A DNA stretch of 64,000 nt from Pseudomonadota bacterium. GTDB lineage: Bacteria; Pseudomonadota; Gammaproteobacteria; Steroidobacterales; Woeseiaceae. The position numbers and the translations under genes are program-made. The notes under the pieces were generated by a model. That model saw nothing but the letters and a program-made list of their open reading frames with translations, had not been told where the DNA came from and made no database searches. Shown here piece by piece: positions 37,359 through 47,521 of the stretch. The stretch is from positions 147,456 through 211,455 of the forward strand of contig JBCBBH010000001.1 of NCBI GenBank assembly GCA_038531945.1. The letters are read 5' to 3'. The stretch's first letter is position 1. Every line of letters begins with the position of its first letter.

Positions 37359-40300
37359 CTACTGCGATGTCAGCGCGAATACCACCTCGACCGTGGAGTC
37401 ATCAAAAACAATGATGTCGCTGCGTCCATCGCCATCGACGTCTCCCATGAAACGAGGGTTCGCATCGAAGGTAAACCCGCGATTGGAAGAGAACTCCGGC
37501 ACCCACTCGCGAATGGTGCCGAACACGCCTCCCTGTCCAGGGTTCAACGAGTAGTAGACGGCACCCGGTTCGGTCGGTGACAGAGACCCAAACCCGACGA
37601 GGTCTACGTAACCGTCGCCATCAACATCCGCGAAGTAGCGCGGATCTTCGAGCGGCTGCCACCCATCATTGATAGAGAACTGACCTGAGATCGTGCGGAC
37701 CGAACCGATTGGCGTCAGTGCGCCGTTTGGTGCTTCCTCTCTATCGATAGCCGGTGACAAGAGCACATCGTTGTCCGAGAACGCGACAACATCGTCTTGT
37801 CCATCGTTGTTGATATCCACGATGACGCGCGGGTTTTCGTCAACATCCCAAGATGGGCCGACAAACAGTGTGTCGTACGTTGCAGTGTTCGAAAACAATG
37901 GCGGCGTGCGATCTGGTCGTGCCCTCGCCAAGGCGGTTTGGGTAAATCCGAAACCGATAATGTCTTCGAAGCCGTCGCCATTCACATCAGCCAGGAGTCG
38001 CGGTGCACCCTCAGTCCAGCCGCCCGAGTTGGGGCCGAATCGACGGATCGCAAAATTGCCTGGGTCTGGGTCGACGAAACCGGTGCCCGATGCCTGCGCG
38101 ATAATGACGCCGTTATCGCTGAACGCGACGATGTCATCGAGCCCGTCACCGGTCATGTCCGATAGATAGCGCGGGTTATTGCCGAAGTCCGAGTAACCTT
38201 GAGCAGGACTGTAATCCTCGACGCATGGATCGCCGTCACACAACACCGTGAATTGACCGCTACCATCGTTGACCGCGATGTAAACACCATCCGCTCCGAA
38301 CACGACGATATCCAAAGCAGCACTGCCGGATACGTTGGCCAGCACGCGGCGTTGAGCGTCCTTGTCGAAACTCGCTCCGCTGGCGAAGTCTTCGAATTGT
38401 CTTACCGCCGTATCAAAGCCTGCACCATTGGACAAAGCGATGTAGGTGCCATCCGGACCGAACCCAACAATGTCATCGCGCTGGTCACCGTTGACGTCTC
38501 CGATCAAGCGAGTGTCATCGTTCTCGTTCCAGCCGCTGTTAAACGAAATTCCGATATCCGCGGAGAATCGATTTCGAACGCCGACGGTAAAGTTCCGGAA
38601 CTCGGAGGGTGCATCCTCAAGATCTGCGGTCACGGTCACCGTGTACAAACCGTCGTCGGCGTACGTATGCACGACCGGAACCACGATGCTCGGAGTACAT
38701 GGCGAGCACGGCTGCGACTCGAAGTTTGGCGTGCCGTCACCCCAGTCAATGACCAAACGGGTAACCGCACGATCACTGCCCCCGGATGCAACGGCGGAAA
38801 CCGTGCCACCGAAGGTACTCTCCGGACCGAAGAAGGTAGCGGTGATGTCGACACGATCCGGGCCGGTCGGATTTTGATCGGTGTTGTCAGGTTCGCCGTC
38901 TCCATCGGTATCAGCGCGACTCGGGTCGGTACCGCGATTAAACTCCTCAAGGTCGGTCAGCGTGTCGCCGTCGGAATCGCTGTTCAGCGGATCGGAGAAC
39001 ACCTGCCGCACCGCGCCTTCCACTGAGATCGCCCATCCGTCCCGGGTTTCTTCGAAGTCGTTCAGACCGTCACCATCGGTGTCGACGTCTGTCGCCGATG
39101 TGCCCAAAAGAAACTCTTCGCGATCGAACAACTCATCACCATCCTGATCTCGCAAGTAGACCAGCGAAATTCGGTCGCGCGGCATCATGTTCAGATCGTC
39201 GAAATCTGTCGTTGGATCGTCAGCACTCTCGCTACTGGTGAATACATACCAGAACCCGTCGGTGATGCTCATCGTCTCGACACCACGAACACTGTTCACG
39301 GTCTCGCGCGACTGACCGGTCGGAACACCGTTCTCATCCACAATGTCTGTCACCGTCGTCGTGTACGGAATACCGAGGATCGACATCAAGTCTCCCATCG
39401 GCGTACCGATCACCTGATTGTTCACGTCTCGCGGCACGTTGGTCGCCACTTGGTAGCTTTCAGTTGTCCGATCGCCACCCAAGACGTTGGTGTTGGCACC
39501 GTAGTCGATGGTGACCTGCGCGGTTTGTGCAGCGACGTTCATGGAGACCATGCCCCACGTAAGGCCATCCGCCGTCCCGATGTTGGTCATCGAGTAATTC
39601 GTGGCCGTGAACAGCAGTCCGCTTGGGTCTCGCATCAACGCCTCCAGGTTGTCAGCGTTCTCGAAACTTCTTCGAAAGTCCTGTTCGAACGATTGGCCGT
39701 TGGGCAACTCGGTTGCCATGTTCTCCGGGTTTTCAACAACGAGACTGCCGAGCGTCTGCACTGTACCGCGTGCTGTGCGGCGACTCGCACCGATCGTCAG
39801 ATCTTCAAGATTGAAGGTCAGATTCGACGTGTTGGTGACACGAATCCGCGTGGTCAGCGTGCCACCATCGGTGACGCGATTCTGAGAGGACGTGTCATTG
39901 GTCAGTCGGCCGTACTCCTGCCGAGAGTTCGACGCCGACGCGCGTGTCACGGACGTCGATTGCTCTTGCGTCACAGAAGCGGAGACACTGGACTCCGTTC
40001 CTGACTTCGCGGTCCCGCCGATCCCGGTGGGACTGGCCGAAGCACTGGCTTCTGCGTAGACGCGTGTGCTGGCCGACAGCGTTGCGGAGGTTGCCGTGGT
40101 ATCGGATCGCGAGAACGAAGTCTCCTGACCTCTTTCATAACTCGAGGAATACGTTTCGCCAGCAGTACTGCCGGTCGTGTCAATCACGTTGATATCTATT
40201 GACGGATCAGCGATCACCTCGATAGAGACGGATGGCAGATCCGCGATCAACGGGTCGAACCCGCCCTGGTTGGTTTCGCGAAAATCATCAAGCCCATCGC

Positions 40301-40823
40301 CATCGGTGTCCGCAAGTCTCGGAGACGTTCCGATCGCCATTTCCTCGGCATCGGTGAGGCCGTCACCGTCGAAGTCGGTGCTGGAACTGGCAGTGACACA
40401 ATCGATAGTGACGTTCGTGACATCGGCGTTCGCCGTGCCAATTCCGTTGGCAACCGTACACGTCTGGGTGGGATTCGATGGTTGCGTGAGCACCGTCACG
40501 TCGTAGGTCGAACCACTATCGATTTCCGTCGCGAACGTGAATGTACCGTTGGCAGTTACGGGCAGGTTATCGGTCGCATTGTTCTGCAACACGAGTCCAT
40601 CGCCTTCCAAACCACCCACCGTGCCGCCGACCGACACTTGGGTTGTGGGCGTTGGTGTTGGCGTCGGAGTGGGTGTCGGTTGCGATCCACCACCGTCACC
40701 GCCACCACCGCCGCCGCAGGCAGCAATGGCAAGGCTCATTAAGGTCAGCCCTGCGCTTTTTATGATCTTGTATTTCATGGTCTTCTCCGAGCCCGCACCA
40801 GCAGGCGAAAAAAGTGGGTTCAC
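37359..40823 (-). CDS. giant surface lipoprotein with FG-GAP (integrin-alpha-like) and thrombospondin-type-3-like Ca-binding repeats
   Basis: Lipobox LAIAACGG followed by a Gly/Pro-Thr linker. Multiple D-x-D/N-G-D-G-xxD-IV FG-GAP motifs (ADVNGDGFEDIIGFG, GDVDGDGRSDIIVFD, VDINNDGQDDVVAF). Several DTDGDGLxDxEE TSP3-like motifs. Confidence 0.7.
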   Translation of the reverse strand: MNPLFSPAGAGSEKTMKYKIIKSAGLTLMSLAIAACGGGGGGDGGGSQPTPTPTPTPTPTTQVSVGGTVGGLEGDGLVLQNNATDNLPVTANGTFTFATEIDSGSTYDVTVLTQPSNPTQTCTVANGIGTANADVTNVTIDCVTASSSTDFDGDGLTDAEEMAIGTSPRLADTDGDGLDDFRETNQGGFDPLIADLPSVSIEVIADPSIDINVIDTTGSTAGETYSSSYERGQETSFSRSDTTATSATLSASTRVYAEASASASPTGIGGTAKSGTESSVSASVTQEQSTSVTRASASNSRQEYGRLTNDTSSQNRVTDGGTLTTRIRVTNTSNLTFNLEDLTIGASRRTARGTVQTLGSLVVENPENMATELPNGQSFEQDFRRSFENADNLEALMRDPSGLLFTATNYSMTNIGTADGLTWGMVSMNVAAQTAQVTIDYGANTNVLGGDRTTESYQVATNVPRDVNNQVIGTPMGDLMSILGIPYTTTVTDIVDENGVPTGQSRETVNSVRGVETMSITDGFWYVFTSSESADDPTTDFDDLNMMPRDRISLVYLRDQDGDELFDREEFLLGTSATDVDTDGDGLNDFEETRDGWAISVEGAVRQVFSDPLNSDSDGDTLTDLEEFNRGTDPSRADTDGDGEPDNTDQNPTGPDRVDITATFFGPESTFGGTVSAVASGGSDRAVTRLVIDWGDGTPNFESQPCSPCTPSIVVPVVHTYADDGLYTVTVTADLEDAPSEFRNFTVGVRNRFSADIGISFNSGWNENDDTRLIGDVNGDQRDDIVGFGPDGTYIALSNGAGFDTAVRQFEDFASGASFDKDAQRRVLANVSGSAALDIVVFGADGVYIAVNDGSGQFTVLCDGDPCVEDYSPAQGYSDFGNNPRYLSDMTGDGLDDIVAFSDNGVIIAQASGTGFVDPDPGNFAIRRFGPNSGGWTEGAPRLLADVNGDGFEDIIGFGFTQTALARARPDRTPPLFSNTATYDTLFVGPSWDVDENPRVIVDINNDGQDDVVAFSDNDVLLSPAIDREEAPNGALTPIGSVRTISGQFSINDGWQPLEDPRYFADVDGDGYVDLVGFGSLSPTEPGAVYYSLNPGQGGVFGTIREWVPEFSSNRGFTFDANPRFMGDVDGDGRSDIIVFDDSTVEVVFALTSQ

Positions 40824-40923
40824 TCTCTAATGCGAAAAGCGCTCAGAAATCGTTTAAAAAAACCGCAACTCCGGTCGATTGCCATTGGAAACAATGTGTT
40901 ATGTTTGCCTTGGAGGGGAGGCG

Positions 40924-41478
40924 ATGACTGAAAACAGCGACATCACGCAGCTGATTTCTCAATGGCAGGCTGGGGACGAGGCTGCGTTGGAGCAGCTCGC
41001 ACCATTTGTGTATAGCGAACTGAAACGCCTAGCTCGCAGCTATATGAATCGCGAACGGGTCAATCACACGCTGCAAGCCACGGCGTTGGTCAACGAGGCA
41101 TTTCTGCAGTTGGCCGGCACCGATGCGGACTTCGAGAGTCGTTCACACTTTATGGTAGTTGCCGCACGAATGATGCGCCGCACACTGGTGGACCATGCGC
41201 GTGCGCTCCACAGTCAAAAGCGCGGGGGCGGCGAACGCCCCGCCACGCTGCATGAGGATGCTGTTGGCGGCGCCGAACGATCGGATGAGTTGCTCGAGCT
41301 CGACCTCGCACTCGACCGGCTGGCTGGTCATGATCAACAGCTCGCTTCTACAGTGGAGCTAGTCTACTTCGGTGGACTCACGTACGAAGAAGCTGCGGAG
41401 CACCTCGGGCGCTCTCGCTCGTCTGTGTACAACGATCTACAGTTCGCGAAGGCGTGGCTAAGAAGAGAGATCGGGTAA
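40924..41478 (+). CDS. ECF-type RNA polymerase sigma factor
   Basis: N-terminal ITQLISQWQAGDEAALEQLAPFVYSELKRLA is characteristic of an ECF sigma subgroup. A region-4 HTH lies at the C-terminus. Start re-set to ATG 40924 with a GGAGG RBS. Confidence 0.7.
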   Translation: MTENSDITQLISQWQAGDEAALEQLAPFVYSELKRLARSYMNRERVNHTLQATALVNEAFLQLAGTDADFESRSHFMVVAARMMRRTLVDHARALHSQKRGGGERPATLHEDAVGGAERSDELLELDLALDRLAGHDQQLASTVELVYFGGLTYEEAAEHLGRSRSSVYNDLQFAKAWLRREIG

Positions 41479-41568
41479 CGCTAGACATAAAGTCGATATG
41501 AAGTGGTGCGCTGCAAATGCCACTACAATCATTAGGGTTGTTCCACGAATTCATTTCCACTATTTATT

Positions 41569-42684
41569 ATGGCGAATACACAGTCCGCTAACCGCCCACT
41601 TGCGCCCTTCCTGCGCCGATGCGCGCTCATATTGCTCATTACCTGCTTTGCTGCAGGTTGCGCCGGCTACAAACCCACATTGGGAGGTCCGGAAGAGCGC
41701 CCCGAGACTGTTTTGTTGGTTCCTATGCCAACCGGAAGTGCCCTTCCGCTGACAGGCGATGAATCGACACCCTGGCTTTACGTAGGCCCGGCGTTAACCC
41801 CCGCCGACCTGGCGGTGATGGCCGGTCTCAATGCCATTGGTTATGTCTGGGATAAATTCCGGATGAACAAAGCGCAGTCTCGCCTGGCACTGGCAGGGTT
41901 AACGTTGCCGATGCCGGACCCCGAAATGGCACTGGCTAACAATTACCAAACCTACTCGCCTGTAGACATTAAGCTCTACGTGCCGCAAGCCGACGAACTA
42001 GAGCCTATCGAAACCACTGCTGCGACTTTGGCCGCGCGCCACAACACCGACTCGGTGGTTTATCTCTATGTGCAGCCCAGTATCGCCGGAGACCTCGACC
42101 GACATCGCCTGGACGTACGCCAACTCAGTTTCAATCATTGTGATGTGATCACAGAGACTTGCGACAAAGCTATCGAGCGTTGGTTTCATTTTCTCAGCGA
42201 ACGTACTGAGCTCGATGACGTGGAAGTCGAACCGCTCGATGTGGAAAGCGAACGCTCCAGGCTTGAGGCGGCAGAAGCGCAGGCGCTAACCCAGTTTCCA
42301 GAGCAATCGGAGGAAATCACAGCGCGTTATGATCGGTTTCGCAAACGACTCGACAACGAATCGTTTATGCGAGATGTGCAAGCGCTTCGAACTTTGTGGT
42401 CGACATCACGGCTCGATGCTGACTACCAGATTGCGTTCGACGAGTTGTCCGCCGCGATCGCCATGGATTGGGCGCGAACAGAAATCAATCGGTCGCAATC
42501 GGTCTTCGACCGAATGCTGCGATTCACCGTCGCAGAAGGTTACACGGTGGAGAAGCGAGTCCACAGAATTCGTTACAAGGACGGGCGCAGCATGTATCTG
42601 ACGCGGGATGGCGACGTTGTCGTGGCCCCGGGCCTCGCGGCATGGATCCCACGCGAAGGACGTGAAACAGAAGCGGACGACTAG
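41569..42684 (+). CDS. hypothetical lipoprotein
   Basis: Lipobox LITCFAAGC. No recognisable domain. Lies downstream of the ECF sigma factor. Confidence 0.45.
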   Translation: MANTQSANRPLAPFLRRCALILLITCFAAGCAGYKPTLGGPEERPETVLLVPMPTGSALPLTGDESTPWLYVGPALTPADLAVMAGLNAIGYVWDKFRMNKAQSRLALAGLTLPMPDPEMALANNYQTYSPVDIKLYVPQADELEPIETTAATLAARHNTDSVVYLYVQPSIAGDLDRHRLDVRQLSFNHCDVITETCDKAIERWFHFLSERTELDDVEVEPLDVESERSRLEAAEAQALTQFPEQSEEITARYDRFRKRLDNESFMRDVQALRTLWSTSRLDADYQIAFDELSAAIAMDWARTEINRSQSVFDRMLRFTVAEGYTVEKRVHRIRYKDGRSMYLTRDGDVVVAPGLAAWIPREGRETEADD

Positions 42685-43369
42685 ACGTCAGTCGAGTACG
42701 TAGGAACACTACCCTCTAGTGAGAGTGAGTCAAAGCTGTGCATGCCAGGGCGTCCCTGCGGAGTGCTGCGTCGATCGACAACGACGCCGCGCTAAGTGAA
42801 AGCGTCTGCTGTCAGCCGAACGCCGCCACGATGTGCTTTTGTTCAAGCGCTTCGAGGAAGTCAGAGTACGGTTGTTCGCCGAGCATGCGAATCGCCGTGT
42901 CCTGCCAGTTCGCATCCAACCAAACGGCGAGTTCGGTGGCCTCGCTAGCTCGACCTCGGTGAATCAACCCAAGCCGCTCTGAGATCTGGTTTGGTGCCAG
43001 CCAGCGGAACTGTCGATGGCGATGCGTGCGCGCTTCCTCTCGGAAAAAGTTAGGCATTGCGTGCATAGGTGGCTCTCCCTTTTGCAGCCGTATTTACGTT
43101 AGAAAGCCATGCGCCATTCGGCAAGTGACATTTTTATTGCAGTTATTGCATGAATCTGAAACAACAACTTGGCGGAAACACATAACAATCCACTTGAGGA
43201 GAGTTCTATTTTCTCGCCGAAATCCGCGCGTGTTTCTCGGCAACTCTCGCAACCCGTGGGAAGTGGCGGCTTGGCCAGAGATCTTCGTTTGGCCGTCAAT
43301 CTCAAACGGTCGCGCGTTGTCGATAGTGGCTGGTATAGACTGTTGCGATCACTCCAAAAGGAATCTCGC

Positions 43370-43924
43370 ATGAAACTTCATTTTGTTTTGTTCACCACTG
43401 CGTTTTTATGCGCGTCCGTCGCGACTGCGGATGACCACGCGATGACGCTTACGAGCACGGACATCGAGCACGGTAGCTTCATGGATAAGGCGCAGGAGTT
43501 TGCGGGGTTCGGATGCACGGGTGACGACCAGTCACCACAACTTTCCTGGTCAGGTGCACCGGAAGGCACCAAAGCGTTTGCCGTGTTTGCGTATGATCCC
43601 GACGCCCCAACAGGCAGCGGTTGGTGGCACTGGCAGCTCATCAATATCCCAGCAGACGTAACCGGACTTGCGGCTGGAGTCGGCAGCGCAGATTCGGAGG
43701 ATTTGCCAGAAGGCAGTCAGCAGATGAGAAACGATTACGGCAACGCGGCGTTCGGCGGCGCATGCCCACCGCCAGGTGATGGCGCGCATCGTTATCAATT
43801 TACGGTATTCGCTTTGTCGCAGGTGCTCGAGATTCCGGCCGATGCGTCCGCGGCTTTGACCGGTTACATGGTGAACGCGAACAGCCTCGCGTCGGCGACG
43901 ATCGAAGCGCTGTACAAGCGCTAG
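43370..43924 (+). CDS. YbhB/YbcL-family (PEBP / Raf-kinase-inhibitor-like) periplasmic protein
   Basis: Signal peptide. PEBP motifs (FAYDPDAP, GAHRYQFTVFAL). Start re-set to ATG 43370 with an AAGGA RBS. Confidence 0.8.
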   Translation: MKLHFVLFTTAFLCASVATADDHAMTLTSTDIEHGSFMDKAQEFAGFGCTGDDQSPQLSWSGAPEGTKAFAVFAYDPDAPTGSGWWHWQLINIPADVTGLAAGVGSADSEDLPEGSQQMRNDYGNAAFGGACPPPGDGAHRYQFTVFALSQVLEIPADASAALTGYMVNANSLASATIEALYKR

Positions 43925-43945
43925 CCTGAACACAGGACACGCGCA

Positions 43946-44659
43946 ATGAGCATTGTCAGCGAGCGCATCCGATATTCGCACAACGATATTGAGTTCGAGG
44001 GCCATTTCGCCTATGACGATGCAATCGACGGACCGCGTCCGTTGGTCACAGTCAGTCACGCATGGAGCGGCCGCAGTCCATTCGAGAATGAAAAAGCCGA
44101 GAAGCTCGCAGTGATGGGGTACGCGGGCTTCGCGATCGACGCTTATGGTGCAGGCGTACGTGGCACCACACGCGAGGAAAACACAGCATTGATGACGCCG
44201 ATGCTCGACGACCGATCGGAGTTGCTCGAGAGGCTGCGTGCGGGTGTGGCAGCCGGTGCAGCGCATGCGTTTGTCGACGACAGTCGAATTGCAGCCATTG
44301 GGTACTGCTTCGGCGGCCTCTGCGCGCTGGATCTTGCACGCTCAGGCGATCCACTGAGTGGCGTGGCGAGCTTTCATGGATTATTCCAGGCGCCGAATTG
44401 GCCAGTCGCGAATATCAAAGCAAAAGTTCTGGCATTGCACGGCTACGACGATCCGATGGCGACCCCCGACTCGGTGTTGGCGTTGGCGAAAGAGCTCAGT
44501 GACGCCGGCGCCGATTGGCAGCTCGTTGCCTACGGCAACACGAAGCACTCATTCACCAACCCACAGGCCAACGACCCAGCGAACGGGATCGTCTATGACG
44601 CAATCGCTAACGCTCGCAGCTGGCAGGCTTTACAGAATTTTCTGACTGAAATCTTCTGA
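43946..44659 (+). CDS. dienelactone hydrolase family protein
   Basis: DLH-fold motifs (IGYCFGG nucleophile elbow, LHGYDDPM). Confidence 0.8.
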   Translation: MSIVSERIRYSHNDIEFEGHFAYDDAIDGPRPLVTVSHAWSGRSPFENEKAEKLAVMGYAGFAIDAYGAGVRGTTREENTALMTPMLDDRSELLERLRAGVAAGAAHAFVDDSRIAAIGYCFGGLCALDLARSGDPLSGVASFHGLFQAPNWPVANIKAKVLALHGYDDPMATPDSVLALAKELSDAGADWQLVAYGNTKHSFTNPQANDPANGIVYDAIANARSWQALQNFLTEIF

Positions 44660-44873
44660 AGACCGACATAGCCACGGTTGAGGTGTGAACACCGCGGCAG
44701 GGTAGTAAGCGACTGTCGATGGTCTGCGGGCTGTACGTTTGTCAGGCCGCGCGGAATCTGATGTGAGCGAACGAACGCTGCAACGTCGATACCTGCAGCC
44801 TTACTCGCTGACCTCAGGAATATCAACGCGATTGCGTTGGCGACCATCGAAGCGGTGTGCGAGCGCTAGCGGT

Positions 44874-45413
44874 CTAGCCGGATTCACCTTCCAGTGGAAC
44901 ACGCACTGACACCGCCACGATTTCGTACAGCGGACCCGCTTTGAAAGCCCCGGGTTTGCCAGCGTCCTTGCTGAAGTGCTCGGCCTGGGCTTGCGTCAAC
45001 TCGTGGCTCTTGAGCACGCCATGTAACGTCACGGTGCGGCCCGCTATGTTGGTCGGCACAAAAAACTCATAGTCCTTGAACGAAACTCGAACGACATGTT
45101 GACCGTCCTGCGCGACCAGGAAACAACCTTTCTTCTGGCAAACCTGTTTGACCGTGGTCTCTATCTGAACTTCTTGATCGACGAATTCGGGGGCTTTTAC
45201 CATGACATCAGCAAGACTCTGAAGGGAATCTACGGCAGGCATTGGAACCCCAAAAGTCTCATGAGTCGTGGTGACTTCGACCGGATCGGACAAACGTATG
45301 ATGCGCTTCTCGTCCGCGACAAGCGCGCTGCTGCAAAAACCGAATAGCAGGGAAATGCCTGCAAACCGCACGACCTGCGACCATGACTTTCCTCTGTCTC
45401 GTGTTCTGCTCAT
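44874..45413 (-). CDS. hypothetical secreted protein
   Basis: Signal-like N-terminus. No confident family assignment. Confidence 0.35.
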   Translation of the reverse strand: MSRTRDRGKSWSQVVRFAGISLLFGFCSSALVADEKRIIRLSDPVEVTTTHETFGVPMPAVDSLQSLADVMVKAPEFVDQEVQIETTVKQVCQKKGCFLVAQDGQHVVRVSFKDYEFFVPTNIAGRTVTLHGVLKSHELTQAQAEHFSKDAGKPGAFKAGPLYEIVAVSVRVPLEGESG

Positions 45414-45508
45414 CCGTTTTCTCGCTGTGGTGACGGTGTCTTATTGGAGAATACCAGCAACCAAATGGCCAAAGAACACACTGTCCGTCAATGACAGCAA
45501 ACAAAATA

Positions 45509-45537
45509 TTGACATATTTGCACAAACACGCAAATAT
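45509..45537 (+). promoter_or_regulatory. promoter with overlapping ArsR/SmtB-type operator (8-bp inverted repeat ATATTTGC-N8-GCAAATAT)
   Basis: TTGACA at 45509-45514 and AAATAT near 45532-45537. A perfect inverted repeat lies at 45514-45521 / 45530-45537, directly upstream of the arsR-like start at 45544. Confidence 0.5.
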
Positions 45538-45543
45538 AAATAA

Positions 45544-45867
45544 ATGACTACAGACCAGACAGAGTCCCTCGCCAACCTTCTCAAGGCACTGGGAGAGTAC
45601 AACCGACTTTCTATGGTCTATGAGCTGTGCAATTGCCAGGCCCCGCGAAATGCGATGTGTTTGTGCGAATGCTGCAGCGTCGATGCCTCAGTCGCATCGC
45701 GGCACCTCAAAGTGCTCGCGCAGGAAGGCATTGTGAAAATCGAAAAAAAAGGTCGGGAGCGAATTTACTCGCTCAACCGAACCGATATCGCAACAAGATT
45801 GCGGGCCCTCGCGAATCAGATTGAAGCGGAGCCCAGTGTAGAACCCCTTCAGGGAGTGTCGTTATGA
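45544..45867 (+). CDS. ArsR/SmtB-family metal-sensing transcriptional repressor
   Basis: wHTH core with metal-site cysteines (ELCNCQ..., LCECCSVDA). Confidence 0.8.
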   Translation: MTTDQTESLANLLKALGEYNRLSMVYELCNCQAPRNAMCLCECCSVDASVASRHLKVLAQEGIVKIEKKGRERIYSLNRTDIATRLRALANQIEAEPSVEPLQGVSL

Positions 45868-45959
45868 CCGAAGAGAAGAAATGTCCGTGTGAGTGTGGCG
45901 GTGGCCCGTGCTGCAAAGAAGGCACCTGTAAGTGCTGCGCTAAGGACTGCTGCTGCTAG
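45864..45959 (+). CDS. cysteine-rich mini-metallothionein-like peptide (31 aa, 11 Cys), not in the ORF track
   Basis: The ATG overlaps the arsR stop (ATGA). It translates as MTEEKKCPCECGGGPCCKEGTCKCCAKDCCC and is followed by a terminator. Confidence 0.45.
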   Translation: MTEEKKCPCECGGGPCCKEGTCKCCAKDCCC

Positions 45960-46011
45960 CGCCGCGTGAGGTGCTCTCAGTGCGCGCCCTGCGGCACTGA
46001 AAATACACTTC

Positions 46012-46048
46012 GAACGAAATCCCGAAATGCCGCGCATCTCGGGATTTT
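46012..46048. terminator. bidirectional rho-independent terminator
   Basis: TCCCGA...TCGGGA hairpin followed by a T-run. It lies between the convergent metallothionein and EEP genes. Confidence 0.5.
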
Positions 46049-46055
46049 TTATGCG

Positions 46056-47186
46056 TTAGTCGTCGGCAGCCCTTTCAAGCGTCATCACCAACGGCAGGTG
46101 ATCCGACACGCCGCGGCGGCGTTCCAGGTCGAACCGTCGCACCGTGCCGTCCCGTTTGAGTTGCTCGCCGTACTCGTCAGCGATGAACACCCCGCCCTTC
46201 TTCAGTTGCCATGCGACACCCGCCTGTTTCGCGGGTGAGTACAACACCATATCGAGGAACGACCAACTCTTGCCCGTCGACCAGTAATTTGTGCCGATGC
46301 AACCCTCGCAATCGACCTCATGTGCGACCGTCCAGAACGGACGTACGCGATCGTCCATGATGGTCGTATCTTTCATTTCGCGTGCAGGTGTATTGAAGTC
46401 GCCTGCCGCAAACACCGAATGATCCGGCGGCACGTCGGCGCGAAGGGCATTCAGGTGATCATAGGCAATTTCACGAAGCTCAATCGGGTGATACGGCGCT
46501 GGGAAGTGCGCCGAGAATCCGGTCAGACGCTGACCATCGGGCAGTTCAAACGTCGCTTCTAGAATACCGCGCGTGTCATCCGCTCGATCCGGAAAATCCG
46601 ACGCATCGAAATCATGCAACACGGGTTTCCCGACCAATGGCAATCGCGACAAAAATCCGACATCAATACCGCGTATGTCACGCCCTTCAAGTAGCACGAC
46701 CGTCTCGTAGCCCGCTGGTTGAAGATAGTCGTCCGCGAGACGTTTGAGGATGCCGATGTTTTCGACCTCCTGCAAAGCGACAACATCCGGACCACGACCA
46801 TCGTTCACCTGGAGAATCGTCGCTGCGAGTTGGCGCAACTTGAAGTCGACCGCATCCTCGGTCCAATCGAGCTCAAGACACTCCTCTCGCCATTTCGGCA
46901 CTTCTACGGGTTCGCACAACGCAATATGTGCAGTATTCCGCTTCGCGCTGACCGGTAGATATGCGTGATCGCTCTTGCCTGGGTCATCTTTGGCGTCGAA
47001 CAGATTCTCAACGTTGAACGTCATGATGGTCACAACGGGATTGGTCCGCGCATCGTTCGGTTGCGCTCGATCCATCGTGCATGCGCCCAACACAATCGCA
47101 GCGCATCCCAATAGTGTCCGGCTCAATACTTTCCCGACGAGGTTGTCGAAGTTATTATATCGACAAATTTTAGACGTCTTATCCAT
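46056..47186 (-). CDS. endonuclease/exonuclease/phosphatase (EEP) family protein, secreted
   Basis: EEP motifs (TFNVENLFD, DVVALQEVE, SDHLPLV). The signal/lipobox is LLGCAAIVLGAC. The start is probably the internal ATG near 47186. Confidence 0.7.
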   Translation of the reverse strand: MDKTSKICRYNNFDNLVGKVLSRTLLGCAAIVLGACTMDRAQPNDARTNPVVTIMTFNVENLFDAKDDPGKSDHAYLPVSAKRNTAHIALCEPVEVPKWREECLELDWTEDAVDFKLRQLAATILQVNDGRGPDVVALQEVENIGILKRLADDYLQPAGYETVVLLEGRDIRGIDVGFLSRLPLVGKPVLHDFDASDFPDRADDTRGILEATFELPDGQRLTGFSAHFPAPYHPIELREIAYDHLNALRADVPPDHSVFAAGDFNTPAREMKDTTIMDDRVRPFWTVAHEVDCEGCIGTNYWSTGKSWSFLDMVLYSPAKQAGVAWQLKKGGVFIADEYGEQLKRDGTVRRFDLERRRGVSDHLPLVMTLERAADD

Positions 47187-47521
47187 AAGCCACAAAAATA
47201 AATCGCTTGTGTGACTGAGAGATAACTCTCTATATTTATTGATTTTATTCAGCACTCTCGCCCTTTCTTCGACTATGCTGCGCTTGAAATTCAGAATTTA
47301 GGCGTCATTATGGAGTCTGCAGGTAGCCAGTGTTGCATCTGGTTGTCTAAGACAGTCGAATTCTCAATCGATCTTTTCCGCGAAAGACTCGATCGGTAAC
47401 ACCGGTTGCCGATTGTCTGCCCTCACAACTTTGTACTCGCTTCGCCTTTGGCTGGGAACCCGTAGTGCGGGACCGAGTTAATCGGGCGACCACGACATTA
47501 ACTGGATCGAAGGAACGTGAA

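Noticed and set aside
42812-43066. 84-aa minus-strand ORF between the lipoprotein and PEBP genes
   Set aside because: There is no RBS or motif and it sits in a convergent intergenic region. This is insufficient support to call it a gene.
47256-47521. A riboswitch (THF/ZTP-like) in the long folE2 leader
   Set aside because: I could not recognise the conserved cores of the THF, ZTP or preQ1 riboswitch classes. It is only noted as an unexplained long leader.
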